DNA from: an uncultured Brevinematales bacterium
GTDB lineage: Bacteria > Spirochaetota > Brevinematia > Brevinematales > JAOACQ01
Assembly (NCBI GenBank): GCA_964392785.1
Contig: CAYMRH010000005.1
Span: forward strand, 4,778 to 68,777
Direction: 5' to 3'
Length of the DNA stretch: 64,000 bases
The first letter of the stretch is position 1; each line of letters starts with the position of its first letter. Below, one piece after another: positions 8,519-17,704 of the stretch. The position numbers and the translations under genes were made by a program. A model generated the notes under the pieces. The model ran no database searches and was not told the origin of the DNA. It worked only from the letters and a program-made list of their open reading frames with translations.

Positions 8519-11500
8519 GTGTCCAAGAAAGCAGACGAGGCGCTCTTCGATTACGAGATCGCGGAGAACGGCAGTTTCGTCATTAAAAATTACAACCTCT
8601 CCAGTTCGTTCGCCAGTTTCCTGCCCGGGATCGCGGGCGTTGCCGGGATTCCCATGTGGGTCTTTTACGTGAACCGGGGCCAGTGTATTTCCAGCCTGGG
8701 CGTGGACAACAAGGACAAGGCGATCGTGGAATTCTTTTCCGCCAACCGGGCCTACCAGCTCACGCCGACCACCGGGTTCCGCACGTTTTATAAGATCGAC
8801 GGGCGCGATTTCGTGGAGGCCTTCACGAAACCCCGCCTGGCCAACGCGGAAACCCTGCGGCAGGAAATGGAAATCTATTCCTCCGGCGTCACCATCCGGG
8901 AGCAGAACCTGCGGCACGGCATCGCGACCACCGTCACCTACTTTACGGTCCCGAACGAACCGCTGGCCGCGTTCGCCCGCAAGGTGACGGTGCAAAACAT
9001 CGGCAAGAAGACCGTGGACCTGGAAATTCTGGACGGACTGCCGCAGATCGCGACCTACGGCCTGTCCCACGAACTGCTGAAAAGCCTGACCTATCTGACC
9101 GAGGCCTGGGCCACGGTGGAAGGCATTCACCAGCGCACGCCGTTCTACAAGATCAAGGTGGCGGTGAAGGACACGCCGGACGTGGAGCTGGTCCAGAGCG
9201 GAAACTTCTTCTTCTCCAAAATGACCGACAGCTCGGATTTTTCCGAGGTGATCGTGGACCCGAAACTCATTTTCGGGGAGGACGAGGCGTTCATATACCC
9301 GGAAAAATTCGCGGACCTGGAAAACTTCAAGGTCCCGTTCGAGCAGCGGCACATGAACCTGTTCCCCTGCGCGTTCGCGTACCGGCAAATGACGCTCAAG
9401 CCCTTCGAGGAAATCGGGTTCGCGAGTTTCGTGGGCAACGCCCGCACGCCGGAGGCCTTCGAGAGTTTCCGCAACCGCGTGGCCCGCGTTCCGGATTACG
9501 CCGCGCGGAAATTCGAGGAAAACAGGCGGATCATAGACGGCATCCAGGACAGGGTCCTCACGGTCTCCTCGGACAAGCGCCTGGATTTTTACGCCCGGCA
9601 GAATTACCTGGACAACGTCCTGCGCGGCGGCATGCCCTGCCAGCTGGACCCCCAGGACCCGAAAACCCTGTTCTACATCTATTCCCGCAAACACGGGGAC
9701 ATGGAGCGGGACTACAATTTCTTCCGCATACCGCCCTCGTATTATTCCCAGGGAAACGGAAATTACCGGGACGTGAACCAGAACCGCCGCAACGACGTGA
9801 ACATCTATCCCGAAGTGGGCGATTCCGTGATCAAGACCTTCCTGAACCTCCTGCAGCTGGACGGTTACAACCCGCTCCTGCTCATGGGGACCAAGTTCTT
9901 CATTGACGACGAGGACAAGATCCGGAACATCCTGTCCCGCCACGTGAAGGACGGGGAAAAAATCATCCCCCTGATCAAAAACGGTTACATGCCCGGGGAG
10001 CTGCTGGTCACTTTGGAAAACGAAAAAGCGGCCTACAAAACCGACCGGGAGGATTTCATCCGGGATCTGGTCGGCGCCTCTGAACGTTATGAAAACTCCG
10101 AATTCGGCGAAGGTTACTGGACCGACCACTGGCATTACAACCTGGACCTGATCGAATCCTATCTGTCCATCTACCCCGAAAAGGAAAAAGAGCTGTATTT
10201 TGAAGACAGGACCTACCAGTATTTCGAACCCTACGCGAGCGTCGCGCCCCGGACCAAAAAGTATTTTCTCACTCCGCGCGGCATCCGCCAGTATAACAGC
10301 ATCCGCGAGGACAAGGACAAACGGAAACTCCTGCAGAAGCGCGAACGCAATCCTTACGCCGTCAGGACCCGCTACGGTCAGGGGGAGATTTACCGGACCA
10401 CCCTGTTCGCCAAACTCGTGATCACGGCGTTGAACAAAATGGCGACTCTGGACCCGGCCGGCGTGGGCGTGGAATTCGAAGCCAACCGGCCCAACTGGTA
10501 CGACGCCCTGAACGGGCTGGCCGGCATGCTCGGGTCCTCCTCCAGCGAGACCTACGAACTGCGGCGTCTGGTCCTCATGCTCAGGAAAGCCCTGGACAAC
10601 TGCCGGATCGGGGATGCCCTGCCGCTCTTTCTGCCCCGCGAGGCGTCCGATTTCCTGAAGCAGCTCCGGGACATTCTGGCGGACCAAAAGCTGGACGCGT
10701 TCGGGCGTTGGCAGAAATGCGGGCCCGTCAAGGAACAGTACCGCGAAACGGTTTATAACGGAGTGGACGGCGCGGACGACGCCGTGCCGGCCGGTGATTT
10801 CCGGAAGCTGTTCGATCTCATGCTGGAACGGCTGGACGAAGGCCTGGCGCGCGCCATCGACCAACGCAGCGGCCTGCCCAACACCTATTTCATAAACGAA
10901 GTGACGGAATACGACGTGATCGAGGAAACCGAAGGGCACACCCCGCGGGTCATGCCCAAATCGTTCCGCCAGACGCCTTTGGCGCTGTTTCTTGAGGGCG
11001 TCGTTCATTCCCTGAGGACCAACGGGCCCGACCCCAAAAAGACCCTGGAAACGCACAAGGCCGTCCTGAAAAGCGATCTTTACGACAAAAAACTCCGCAT
11101 GTTCAAAGTGGACGCGTCTCTGGAAAAGGAAAGCCTGGATATCGGGCGGACCAAGGTGTTCCCGGCCGGCTGGCTGGAAAACGAATCGGTCTGGCTCCAT
11201 ATGGAATACAAGTATCTTCTGGAGCTTCTCAGAAACGGCTGTTACGAGGAATACTTCACGACCATGAAGGACGTGCTGGTCCCCTTCCTGGACCCCAAAA
11301 CGTACGGGCGCAGCACCCTGGAAAATTCATCCTTCATCGTGTCCAGCGCGTATTTCGACAAGACCCGTCACGGCCGCGGCTTCTACGCGCGTCTGTCGGG
11401 TTCCACGGCGGAATTCATCAACATGTGGGTTTGCATGACGGCCGGGCCCAAGCCGTTCAGCGTTCTGGAAAACGGAGAACTGGCCCTGCGCCTGCGTCCG

Positions 11501-11818
11501 GTGATACCCGGGGAATTCTTCACCACCAAGACGGAAAAGGTGGTCTGCTCCTGCGGCTACGGCGGCAAGCAGCGCGAAATTATAATTCCCCGCGACAGCT
11601 TCCTGTTCAATTTCCTGGGCGGCATACCCGTGATCTACGTCAACCCGCACCGCTTTGACACCTGGGCGGAGCAGGCCGCGATCGAAAGGATCCGGATTTT
11701 CAGCCCGGCCGGAGAACTTCTCAAGGAAGTGTTCGGGGATACGGTGGCCGGGGAATGGGCGGAGCGGATCCGCGCCCACCGGGACATCGGGACGATCGAC
11801 GTGCACTTCAAGTCGTAA
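8519..11818 (+). CDS. GH161 beta-1,3-glucan phosphorylase (probable)
   Basis: FASFLPGIAG..GIPMWVFYVNRGQ, YSRKHGDMERDYN, GNYRDVNQNRR, GEGYWTDHW.YNLDL, GWLENESVWLHMEYKY, RLSGSTAEF; GTG start with AGGAGG RBS. Confidence 0.82.
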   Translation: MSKKADEALFDYEIAENGSFVIKNYNLSSSFASFLPGIAGVAGIPMWVFYVNRGQCISSLGVDNKDKAIVEFFSANRAYQLTPTTGFRTFYKIDGRDFVEAFTKPRLANAETLRQEMEIYSSGVTIREQNLRHGIATTVTYFTVPNEPLAAFARKVTVQNIGKKTVDLEILDGLPQIATYGLSHELLKSLTYLTEAWATVEGIHQRTPFYKIKVAVKDTPDVELVQSGNFFFSKMTDSSDFSEVIVDPKLIFGEDEAFIYPEKFADLENFKVPFEQRHMNLFPCAFAYRQMTLKPFEEIGFASFVGNARTPEAFESFRNRVARVPDYAARKFEENRRIIDGIQDRVLTVSSDKRLDFYARQNYLDNVLRGGMPCQLDPQDPKTLFYIYSRKHGDMERDYNFFRIPPSYYSQGNGNYRDVNQNRRNDVNIYPEVGDSVIKTFLNLLQLDGYNPLLLMGTKFFIDDEDKIRNILSRHVKDGEKIIPLIKNGYMPGELLVTLENEKAAYKTDREDFIRDLVGASERYENSEFGEGYWTDHWHYNLDLIESYLSIYPEKEKELYFEDRTYQYFEPYASVAPRTKKYFLTPRGIRQYNSIREDKDKRKLLQKRERNPYAVRTRYGQGEIYRTTLFAKLVITALNKMATLDPAGVGVEFEANRPNWYDALNGLAGMLGSSSSETYELRRLVLMLRKALDNCRIGDALPLFLPREASDFLKQLRDILADQKLDAFGRWQKCGPVKEQYRETVYNGVDGADDAVPAGDFRKLFDLMLERLDEGLARAIDQRSGLPNTYFINEVTEYDVIEETEGHTPRVMPKSFRQTPLALFLEGVVHSLRTNGPDPKKTLETHKAVLKSDLYDKKLRMFKVDASLEKESLDIGRTKVFPAGWLENESVWLHMEYKYLLELLRNGCYEEYFTTMKDVLVPFLDPKTYGRSTLENSSFIVSSAYFDKTRHGRGFYARLSGSTAEFINMWVCMTAGPKPFSVLENGELALRLRPVIPGEFFTTKTEKVVCSCGYGGKQREIIIPRDSFLFNFLGGIPVIYVNPHRFDTWAEQAAIERIRIFSPAGELLKEVFGDTVAGEWAERIRAHRDIGTIDVHFKS

Positions 11819-11842
11819 AGCCGTTCAGAGTTTTGGAATATC

Positions 11843-11868
11843 GGGCCGGCCGGAAGGCCGGCCTGTTT
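11843..11868 (+). terminator. Hairpin terminator after GH161
   Basis: GGCCGGCC-ggaa-GGCCGGCC-TGTTT. Confidence 0.6.
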
Positions 11869-11869
11869 C

Positions 11870-13339
11870 TCAGAAGTTAAACACCCACCATTCGTCGCAG
11901 CCCCGGCAGAGGGGCGGGTCGGAGTAATCCCCGGCCCATTGCCGCTCATAATGCGCGGCGAGACGCTCCCAGCATTTTTCCAGTCCGTCCTTCAGGACGT
12001 TGCCCGCCGGGAATTTTCCGTTCAGGTCCTGGCGGCAGAGCGGCACCGTGCCGTCGTGAAACACGACCAGATCGTGCTTCAAATGATGGCAGGGCCAGCG
12101 CTTCACGGGGGACAAATCCACCACGCGGAGGGCGTCCAGTTCTCCCCCGAAGGTGTCGATCTTGCGGATCACCAGCCTGTCCGGCGGTACAAAATCCCGC
12201 CACCGTTCGTAAAAGGCCGCCAGTTCGTTCTCGTTTTCCGTGGAGCGGGTCAGCTGGATGTAAAGATTTTCTGATCGGGGCAGTTTGCGGATTTTTTCCT
12301 CCAGGGCCCGCAGGCCTTCGAACGGCAGGAGAGGGTCGGCGGGCTTTTTCCCTTGGGCAAAGGCGTCGGGATTGGCGAAACTCACGTCCAGCAGGATCTT
12401 CGCGTTGGGGAGTTCCAGGGCCGATTCCAGCGGGCGCGGGTCCGTCCACAGGCAGCGGCTCTCAAACAGGAATTTCATTTTCGGGAATTCCCTCAGGACG
12501 CCCAATACGCCCGGAAATTCCGGGTGCGTGAACGGTTCCCCGTACAAGCCCAGACTGACCCAGGGGTCCCGCGAGAATTCGCTTGCCTGTTTCAGCGTCT
12601 TTCGCAGGGTGTCCGGAGACATGCGGCCCGAACGCGTCAGGCGGGATCCCGCGAAAAAGACGCCGGACTCGCGGTCGGTGGTCAGTTCCAGTTCGAAATA
12701 GGTGGGGCGTTTCCGGATCAGGGACGGCCGGGAGCGCACCAGGTCGCCCAAAGACTCGATGGTGAAACCGGAACCGTGATGGTCCAGAATGTCCCGGGTG
12801 ACCAGAAAATCGTTGTAGGTGTCGGGAAGAAAATTGACGCGGAACTTGGACAGGTCGCTCTCGCTGACGAACAGATTGCAGTCGTAGGAGCTGATGTCGC
12901 GTTCAAAGACCTCGCGCACGGAACCCGGGAACATGGGCATTTCTTCGGGGACAGTATGCCGGATGAATTCCGCCACCTCCCCCTCCAGCAGTTCGGGCAT
13001 CAGGCCCTCCGGAAGGTTTTCCGGAAAGGTGAAATCAAAAACGTGCGCCTGGTGATCTTCGATCATTTCGCGCGCGGAGGCCTCGTCCATCAGGGGGGCG
13101 TAGGCGGACAACAGCATGACGGTGCGCTTGGAAAAATTCCGGCTCAAAAATTCCAGGAATTCCCGGGTTTTGGTGAAATGACAGGTTTTCAGGCCGAAGG
13201 TGTTGGCGCGTCCGGCGGTGAAGAGGTGAATATCGTCCGTAAAACGGCGGACTTTGGCCAGAGTGGTTTCCAGAAACCGGTCCAGGGCCTCCGGATCGCC
13301 GGCGCCCGGCCGGTCAAACAGGATGGCGGCAACGCTCAT
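11870..13339 (-). CDS. spiro-SPASM protein (cytidylyltransferase-like N-terminus, degenerate radical SAM core, SPASM domain)
   Basis: C-terminal PC..L...LVVF.DGTVPLC.QD...GN...C.GC; radical SAM fold segment (LELT...GLYGEP) lacking CxxxCxxC. Confidence 0.75.
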   Translation of the reverse strand: MSVAAILFDRPGAGDPEALDRFLETTLAKVRRFTDDIHLFTAGRANTFGLKTCHFTKTREFLEFLSRNFSKRTVMLLSAYAPLMDEASAREMIEDHQAHVFDFTFPENLPEGLMPELLEGEVAEFIRHTVPEEMPMFPGSVREVFERDISSYDCNLFVSESDLSKFRVNFLPDTYNDFLVTRDILDHHGSGFTIESLGDLVRSRPSLIRKRPTYFELELTTDRESGVFFAGSRLTRSGRMSPDTLRKTLKQASEFSRDPWVSLGLYGEPFTHPEFPGVLGVLREFPKMKFLFESRCLWTDPRPLESALELPNAKILLDVSFANPDAFAQGKKPADPLLPFEGLRALEEKIRKLPRSENLYIQLTRSTENENELAAFYERWRDFVPPDRLVIRKIDTFGGELDALRVVDLSPVKRWPCHHLKHDLVVFHDGTVPLCRQDLNGKFPAGNVLKDGLEKCWERLAAHYERQWAGDYSDPPLCRGCDEWWVFNF

Positions 13340-13626
13340 CGGGAACTCCGTCCGGACATCCGCTCTAGTGCGCGCGACGCCCGTTTTTTTTCCGCGGAAA
13401 AAATCCTGTCCAGTTTACGGTACTGACCCCGGGTCACGAACACCCTGTGGACTCCGGCGCGGCCGGATTCCTCTCCCCGCAGCAGATGCCGGTCGGCAAA
13501 ACCCCGCCGCAGGATTCTGCGGGTCCTGACGTCCACGTCCAGGAAATATCGGGTGTCGGGATTTTCCTGTATTGCCATAAGCGAATCCTGGCCGCCGGAT
13601 ACGGATGTTTTCCCGTTGCGGTTCAT
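13336..13626 (-). CDS. Small hypothetical protein (start may be 13578)
   Basis: Stop overlaps the spiro-SPASM start (ATGA); fills the gap between co-oriented genes. Confidence 0.5.
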   Translation of the reverse strand: MNRNGKTSVSGGQDSLMAIQENPDTRYFLDVDVRTRRILRRGFADRHLLRGEESGRAGVHRVFVTRGQYRKLDRIFSAEKKRASRALERMSGRSSR

Positions 13627-13679
13627 TGATTATATACGCCGTCGGGAGATAATTCAAACAGGCCGTTCCCCGGGGCCGG

Positions 13680-15065
13680 TCAGCGGGCCAGGAAGGCCAG
13701 GGTCCTGTTCGGGGATCCGTCAAACCGCATCTTGAGCTGGAATTTGGCGTAATTGATTGCGGCCCGCCAGATTTCGTCGATCAGGATGGCGAGCATGAGC
13801 CCGGGAAGCCCCATCCCCATCCGGTTCACGAACACGTGCGCCATTCCGATGATGAGCACCGTTCCCACGGCCTGCGTGTAGAGCATCCAGCGCGTGTTCC
13901 CCGTGGCGCGGATGGAGTTGGCGGACACGATATTGACGGCCTTGGGGAACATGATGAACACCAGCAGGGTGAGAAGCGGCGTCACCTGCGCCACGGCGTC
14001 CGGGTCGCGGGTAAAGACGCCCACCACGCCCCCGGGGTTGACGAGGAACAGGACGCCCACTGCCACGCACACGGCTAAAGAATAAAGAAAGCAGAGGTTC
14101 GCCGCCCGGCCGGCATCCCGGGTTTTTTTGGCGCCCCAGGCCTGCCCCACGAGCGTCAGGGCCGCCGTGCTGATGCTCCAGTATATGTGTACGGACAAAT
14201 TCAGGATGGTGTTCAAGAGACTGAAATACCCGGCCGAAAGCGGGTTGAACCGGTTCATGATGGACAACAGCGCCGTCTGAGACCCCGCCCAGAGCATGTT
14301 CTCCGCGCTGACAGGCACGCCCACTTTCAGGATGCGGGCGAAAATCCCGCGGTCGGGTTTCAGGATCCCGCGGCGGCTCATGGGCAGGTCTTTCTGGCGG
14401 AGCGCCCAGACGATCACCAGAATCTGGCCCGCGAGTTCGGCGATCAGCGTGGCAATGCCGGCGCCGATCACGCCCAGCCGCGGGAAGCCGAGACGGCCGA
14501 AGATCAGGACCCAGGACAGCGCGACCGCCAGGACGGTCTTGATCAGGGATCCGAAGAAGATCGGTACGGGTTTGCCCACGCCCAGAAAAAGCGAATGGGC
14601 GGCCAGCGTCATCCCGAAGGTGACGTAAATGAAGGAAACGATCCGCATGTAATCCGTCGCCATGGAGAGGATGGGGCCCCGGGCGCCGATCAGGACGAAA
14701 ACCTGGCGCCCCAGGAAAAACCAGAACAGGAGATAACCCAGGGAAATGAGGGTATTGAAGAAGAAAGCCGTTTCCGCGATCCGGGACGCCCGGGCGGTGT
14801 CTTTGGCGCCCACGGCCTGCGCGATCAGGATGGTCGCGCCCTGCGCCAGGGAAAAGAAAATGGTCATGAGCGTGAAATGGGCGCTGGCCACGTTCGCGAG
14901 AGCGGAAAGGCCTTCGGTGCTGTAATGGCCCATGAAAGCGGTGGAGATGGACATGAGCAGGTATTCTGTCAGGTTCTGGAGCATGACAGGCACGGCGATG
15001 ACAAAAATCTTCCGGGTGGTCATTCCGAAAGAAGGCGGGGACAACAATTTGCCGGTGTCTGTCAT
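13680..15065 (-). CDS. MATE family efflux transporter
   Basis: About 12 TM segments; IAVPVMLQN, LAQGATILIAQAVGAK, FGRLGFP.LGVIGAGIAT, VGQ.WGAK. Confidence 0.9.
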   Translation of the reverse strand: MTDTGKLLSPPSFGMTTRKIFVIAVPVMLQNLTEYLLMSISTAFMGHYSTEGLSALANVASAHFTLMTIFFSLAQGATILIAQAVGAKDTARASRIAETAFFFNTLISLGYLLFWFFLGRQVFVLIGARGPILSMATDYMRIVSFIYVTFGMTLAAHSLFLGVGKPVPIFFGSLIKTVLAVALSWVLIFGRLGFPRLGVIGAGIATLIAELAGQILVIVWALRQKDLPMSRRGILKPDRGIFARILKVGVPVSAENMLWAGSQTALLSIMNRFNPLSAGYFSLLNTILNLSVHIYWSISTAALTLVGQAWGAKKTRDAGRAANLCFLYSLAVCVAVGVLFLVNPGGVVGVFTRDPDAVAQVTPLLTLLVFIMFPKAVNIVSANSIRATGNTRWMLYTQAVGTVLIIGMAHVFVNRMGMGLPGLMLAILIDEIWRAAINYAKFQLKMRFDGSPNRTLAFLAR

Positions 15066-15173
15066 AGGGTGAAGCGCTCCAGAGAAAATGATTTTAACGG
15101 AACGGTGCGCCGATGGCAAATCCGGGAAAGGGCGGGCGGCTTGTCCTGCCGGATATCGGGATCCGGATGCCGC

Positions 15174-15935
15174 TCAGAACAGGTAACTGGTGATGTCCAC
15201 CAGCATGTCTTCCAGAGCGTAGCGGACAGCCGGGACCATTTGAACGAGTCCCTCGGGCAGTTCGTACTGGACGACGGCCGTCCCGTCGCGGCCTCCGTCA
15301 ACGGGCCGTCCCGTGACGCGTTCGGCGCCGGAGGATATTTCCTCCAGCGTGGTTTCCACGCCTTCCAGGCAGAGCGCGGTTTTCCCGGCGCCGGACATGC
15401 CGCCGTCGTGATGCGCCAGGAAAGAGAGCAGGTCCCGGTCGTAGATCAGGAAGAACCGGGAGCTTTTACGATAGGCGATTCCCGTGTCGGCGGAGGCGGA
15501 CCGGATGGCCTGGATCAGACGGCCCGGCGGGTTCTGGGAGGCGGACAGGGTATTGCGGGAAATGACGGTGGGCACGTACACCAGGGCGGCCCCGTGGAAT
15601 TCCGACAGCAGCGCCGCGTACTGGTCCAGGATTTTCTGTTTGATCAGAAGTTCGGGCGGCGTGGCGCGGAACGGGTATCCCCGCAGGACGATCAGCCGGA
15701 CGTCCTCCCGGCCTATGCGGTTCAAGTGTTCCTCGTTGTCGCGGAAAGCGGAATACAGGAACGCGGGACTCACCTGTTTCTGGAAGAGGTCGAACGTGAG
15801 GTCCAGGTAAACGAGTTTGGTCAGGCGGGCCATGCTGTCCCGGGCGGACAGCACCGAAAAATCCGGGACGGTCAGGAGCTGGTCCCGGACGCAGCGCAGA
15901 TCGGAAAAATCCGGAATGATGAACGTGGCGGCCAT
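15174..15935 (-). CDS. Hypothetical protein
   Basis: 253 aa ORF with host-like codon usage, in a co-oriented run of genes. Confidence 0.6.
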   Translation of the reverse strand: MAATFIIPDFSDLRCVRDQLLTVPDFSVLSARDSMARLTKLVYLDLTFDLFQKQVSPAFLYSAFRDNEEHLNRIGREDVRLIVLRGYPFRATPPELLIKQKILDQYAALLSEFHGAALVYVPTVISRNTLSASQNPPGRLIQAIRSASADTGIAYRKSSRFFLIYDRDLLSFLAHHDGGMSGAGKTALCLEGVETTLEEISSGAERVTGRPVDGGRDGTAVVQYELPEGLVQMVPAVRYALEDMLVDITSYLF

Positions 15936-15951
15936 GGCGGTCGGGTCCGGG

Positions 15952-16479
15952 TCAGCCGAACAGAGAGCGGCCCGAAGCGTCGAATGCGACGATGGCCGGG
16001 AAATCCCTGACGGTCAGTCTGTAAACGGCTTCGGGGCCCAGTTCGGGGTACGCCGCCGTTTCCTGCCGCTCGATGGTTTTGGCGAGATACGCTCCGGCCC
16101 CGCCGAACGCGACCAGATAAACGGCGTTGAAGGCCCGGCAGGCATCCAGGACTTCGGCAGAACGGTTTCCCTTGCCGATGGTGCCGCAAAGACCCGCGGC
16201 GTAAAGCGCGGGCGTAAACGGGTCCATGCGGGCGGACGTGGTGGGTCCGGCGGAACCGAACAGCCCGTCGGCCCGGGGCGGCGTGGGCCCGCAGTAGTAT
16301 ATGAAGTTCGCCTCAAGAGGAAATGGCGGGGAACCTCCGTTACCCATGGCCGCGGCGATGCGCTTGTGGGCCTGATCCCGGGCGGTGAACAGCGTTCCCG
16401 AGATCAGGACGGTGTCCCCGGCCCGGAGCCGGGACAGTTCCGGTTTTTCTGCCAAAGGAAGGACGAGACGATGTTCCAT
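15952..16479 (-). CDS. Fe-S hydro-lyase (class I fumarate hydratase / tartrate dehydratase) beta subunit
   Basis: GD.VLISGT.FTARDQAH, YYCGP, GPTTSARMD, IGKG, LGPEAVY motifs. Confidence 0.9.
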   Translation of the reverse strand: MEHRLVLPLAEKPELSRLRAGDTVLISGTLFTARDQAHKRIAAAMGNGGSPPFPLEANFIYYCGPTPPRADGLFGSAGPTTSARMDPFTPALYAAGLCGTIGKGNRSAEVLDACRAFNAVYLVAFGGAGAYLAKTIERQETAAYPELGPEAVYRLTVRDFPAIVAFDASGRSLFG

Positions 16480-16629
16480 GACGGTTCCGCCTATGAAAAG
16501 ATTTTACGGAGCAACCGGAAAAAAAACAATTCGCGGGGCGGCAACCGCCGTGCCGGGACGGAGCGCCTTACCGGCGCGGCAATTTGCGCGCGTCCGGCCG
16601 GTTCCTTAAAATAACCCCGGGGAAAAATC

Positions 16630-17223
16630 ATGACCAGACTCCTTCTCCAGACCTGCTGCGCGCCGTGCCTGACACAGTGCGCCCTGGTGCTTGCCGGGCG
16701 CGAACCCTGGGAACGCGCGCTGACCGAAGCGCCGGATTTTTCCGTGACGGTTTTTTTCGACAATCCCAACATTGATCCGCCGGAGGAGTATGACAGGCGC
16801 CGCGGGGAAGTGGTGAAGTTCCTGGAAGCGGTGTCCGGGGAGGCGCCCATGAATCTTCTGGAGGACCGTTCCGCGTCCCGGCGGGCCGGCTGGAATGAGG
16901 GCGCGTTTCCGTTCCGGGATGAACCCGAACGCGGAAAACGCTGTTCCTTCTGTTACGGATACCGGCTGGAGGAAACGTTCCGGGCGGCCCGGGAAGGCGG
17001 GTTTGACGCCGTGGCCACCACGCTCACCCTGTCCCCGCTGAAAAATACGGCGGAGATCAACAGGATCGGGCGGGAACTGTCCCGTCAATACGGCATCCGG
17101 TACGTGGAGACCGATTTCAGGAAAAACAACGGGTTCCAGAATTCCGTCAGACTCTGCGGGCGCTACGGGATTTACCGGCAGTCCTATTGCGGATGCGCGT
17201 ACTCCCGTTCGCGGGTCAAATAG
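16630..17223 (+). CDS. queH: Epoxyqueuosine reductase QueH
   Basis: CCAPC, NPNI.P.EEY..R, EPERG.RC..C...RL, TTL..SP.K, YRQ.YCGC. Confidence 0.92.
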   Translation: MTRLLLQTCCAPCLTQCALVLAGREPWERALTEAPDFSVTVFFDNPNIDPPEEYDRRRGEVVKFLEAVSGEAPMNLLEDRSASRRAGWNEGAFPFRDEPERGKRCSFCYGYRLEETFRAAREGGFDAVATTLTLSPLKNTAEINRIGRELSRQYGIRYVETDFRKNNGFQNSVRLCGRYGIYRQSYCGCAYSRSRVK

Positions 17224-17227
17224 AAAA

Positions 17228-17271
17228 CCCCTTGCCGGTTTGCCGGAAAAAACCGGCATACGGGCAAGGGG
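17228..17271. terminator. Hairpin between convergent queH and STAS genes
   Basis: 19 bp imperfect stem (CCCCTTGCCGGTTTGCCGG / CCGGCATACGGGCAAGGGG), A6 loop. Confidence 0.6.
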
Positions 17272-17295
17272 CCAAGACCCGGGTCAAATCCCGTT

Positions 17296-17604
17296 CTAGT
17301 ACTGGTAATCCACGAAGGTCAATTCCGCGTTGTCAATGATCCGTTTCACCACGTCCGTGGGCTTCTTGATGATGAGCCGGCTGCCCTTGGAGTCGTTGTA
17401 CTTTCCCGCCATGATGAGCAGGCTGATGGCGGCGGAATCGATGTAGCTCACCCCGGCCATGTCGAACATGAAGTGGGCGGTTTTCCCGCTCGCAATATCT
17501 TTCTCGATATCCAGCTTGATGTTGTTCAGGAAAAAAATGGTGAAATCCCCGCTGATCGAGTACTGCACAACGCTGTTGTCCAAAAATTTGCGCGTGTACT
17601 GCAT
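17296..17604 (-). CDS. STAS-domain protein (anti-anti-sigma factor-like)
   Basis: FDMAGVSYIDSAAI with the conserved Ser; AGGAGG RBS. Confidence 0.88.
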   Translation of the reverse strand: MQYTRKFLDNSVVQYSISGDFTIFFLNNIKLDIEKDIASGKTAHFMFDMAGVSYIDSAAISLLIMAGKYNDSKGSRLIIKKPTDVVKRIIDNAELTFVDYQY

Positions 17605-17704
17605 GGGGGACCTCCTTTGCTGGCCGTTTCTATTATACAGGTGCGCGTCCTAATATTTCAAGTCTTTTATCGGTTCCGTTGGGCCCCGGACTTGACCGGC
17701 GGGG

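Noticed and set aside
8384-11200. 938 aa antisense ORF over GH161 (likewise 19242-21749, 33270-35789, 29145-30785, 18053-19345)
   Set aside because: Shadow ORFs produced by high GC3 codon bias on the opposite strand of clear genes; no motifs or RBS.
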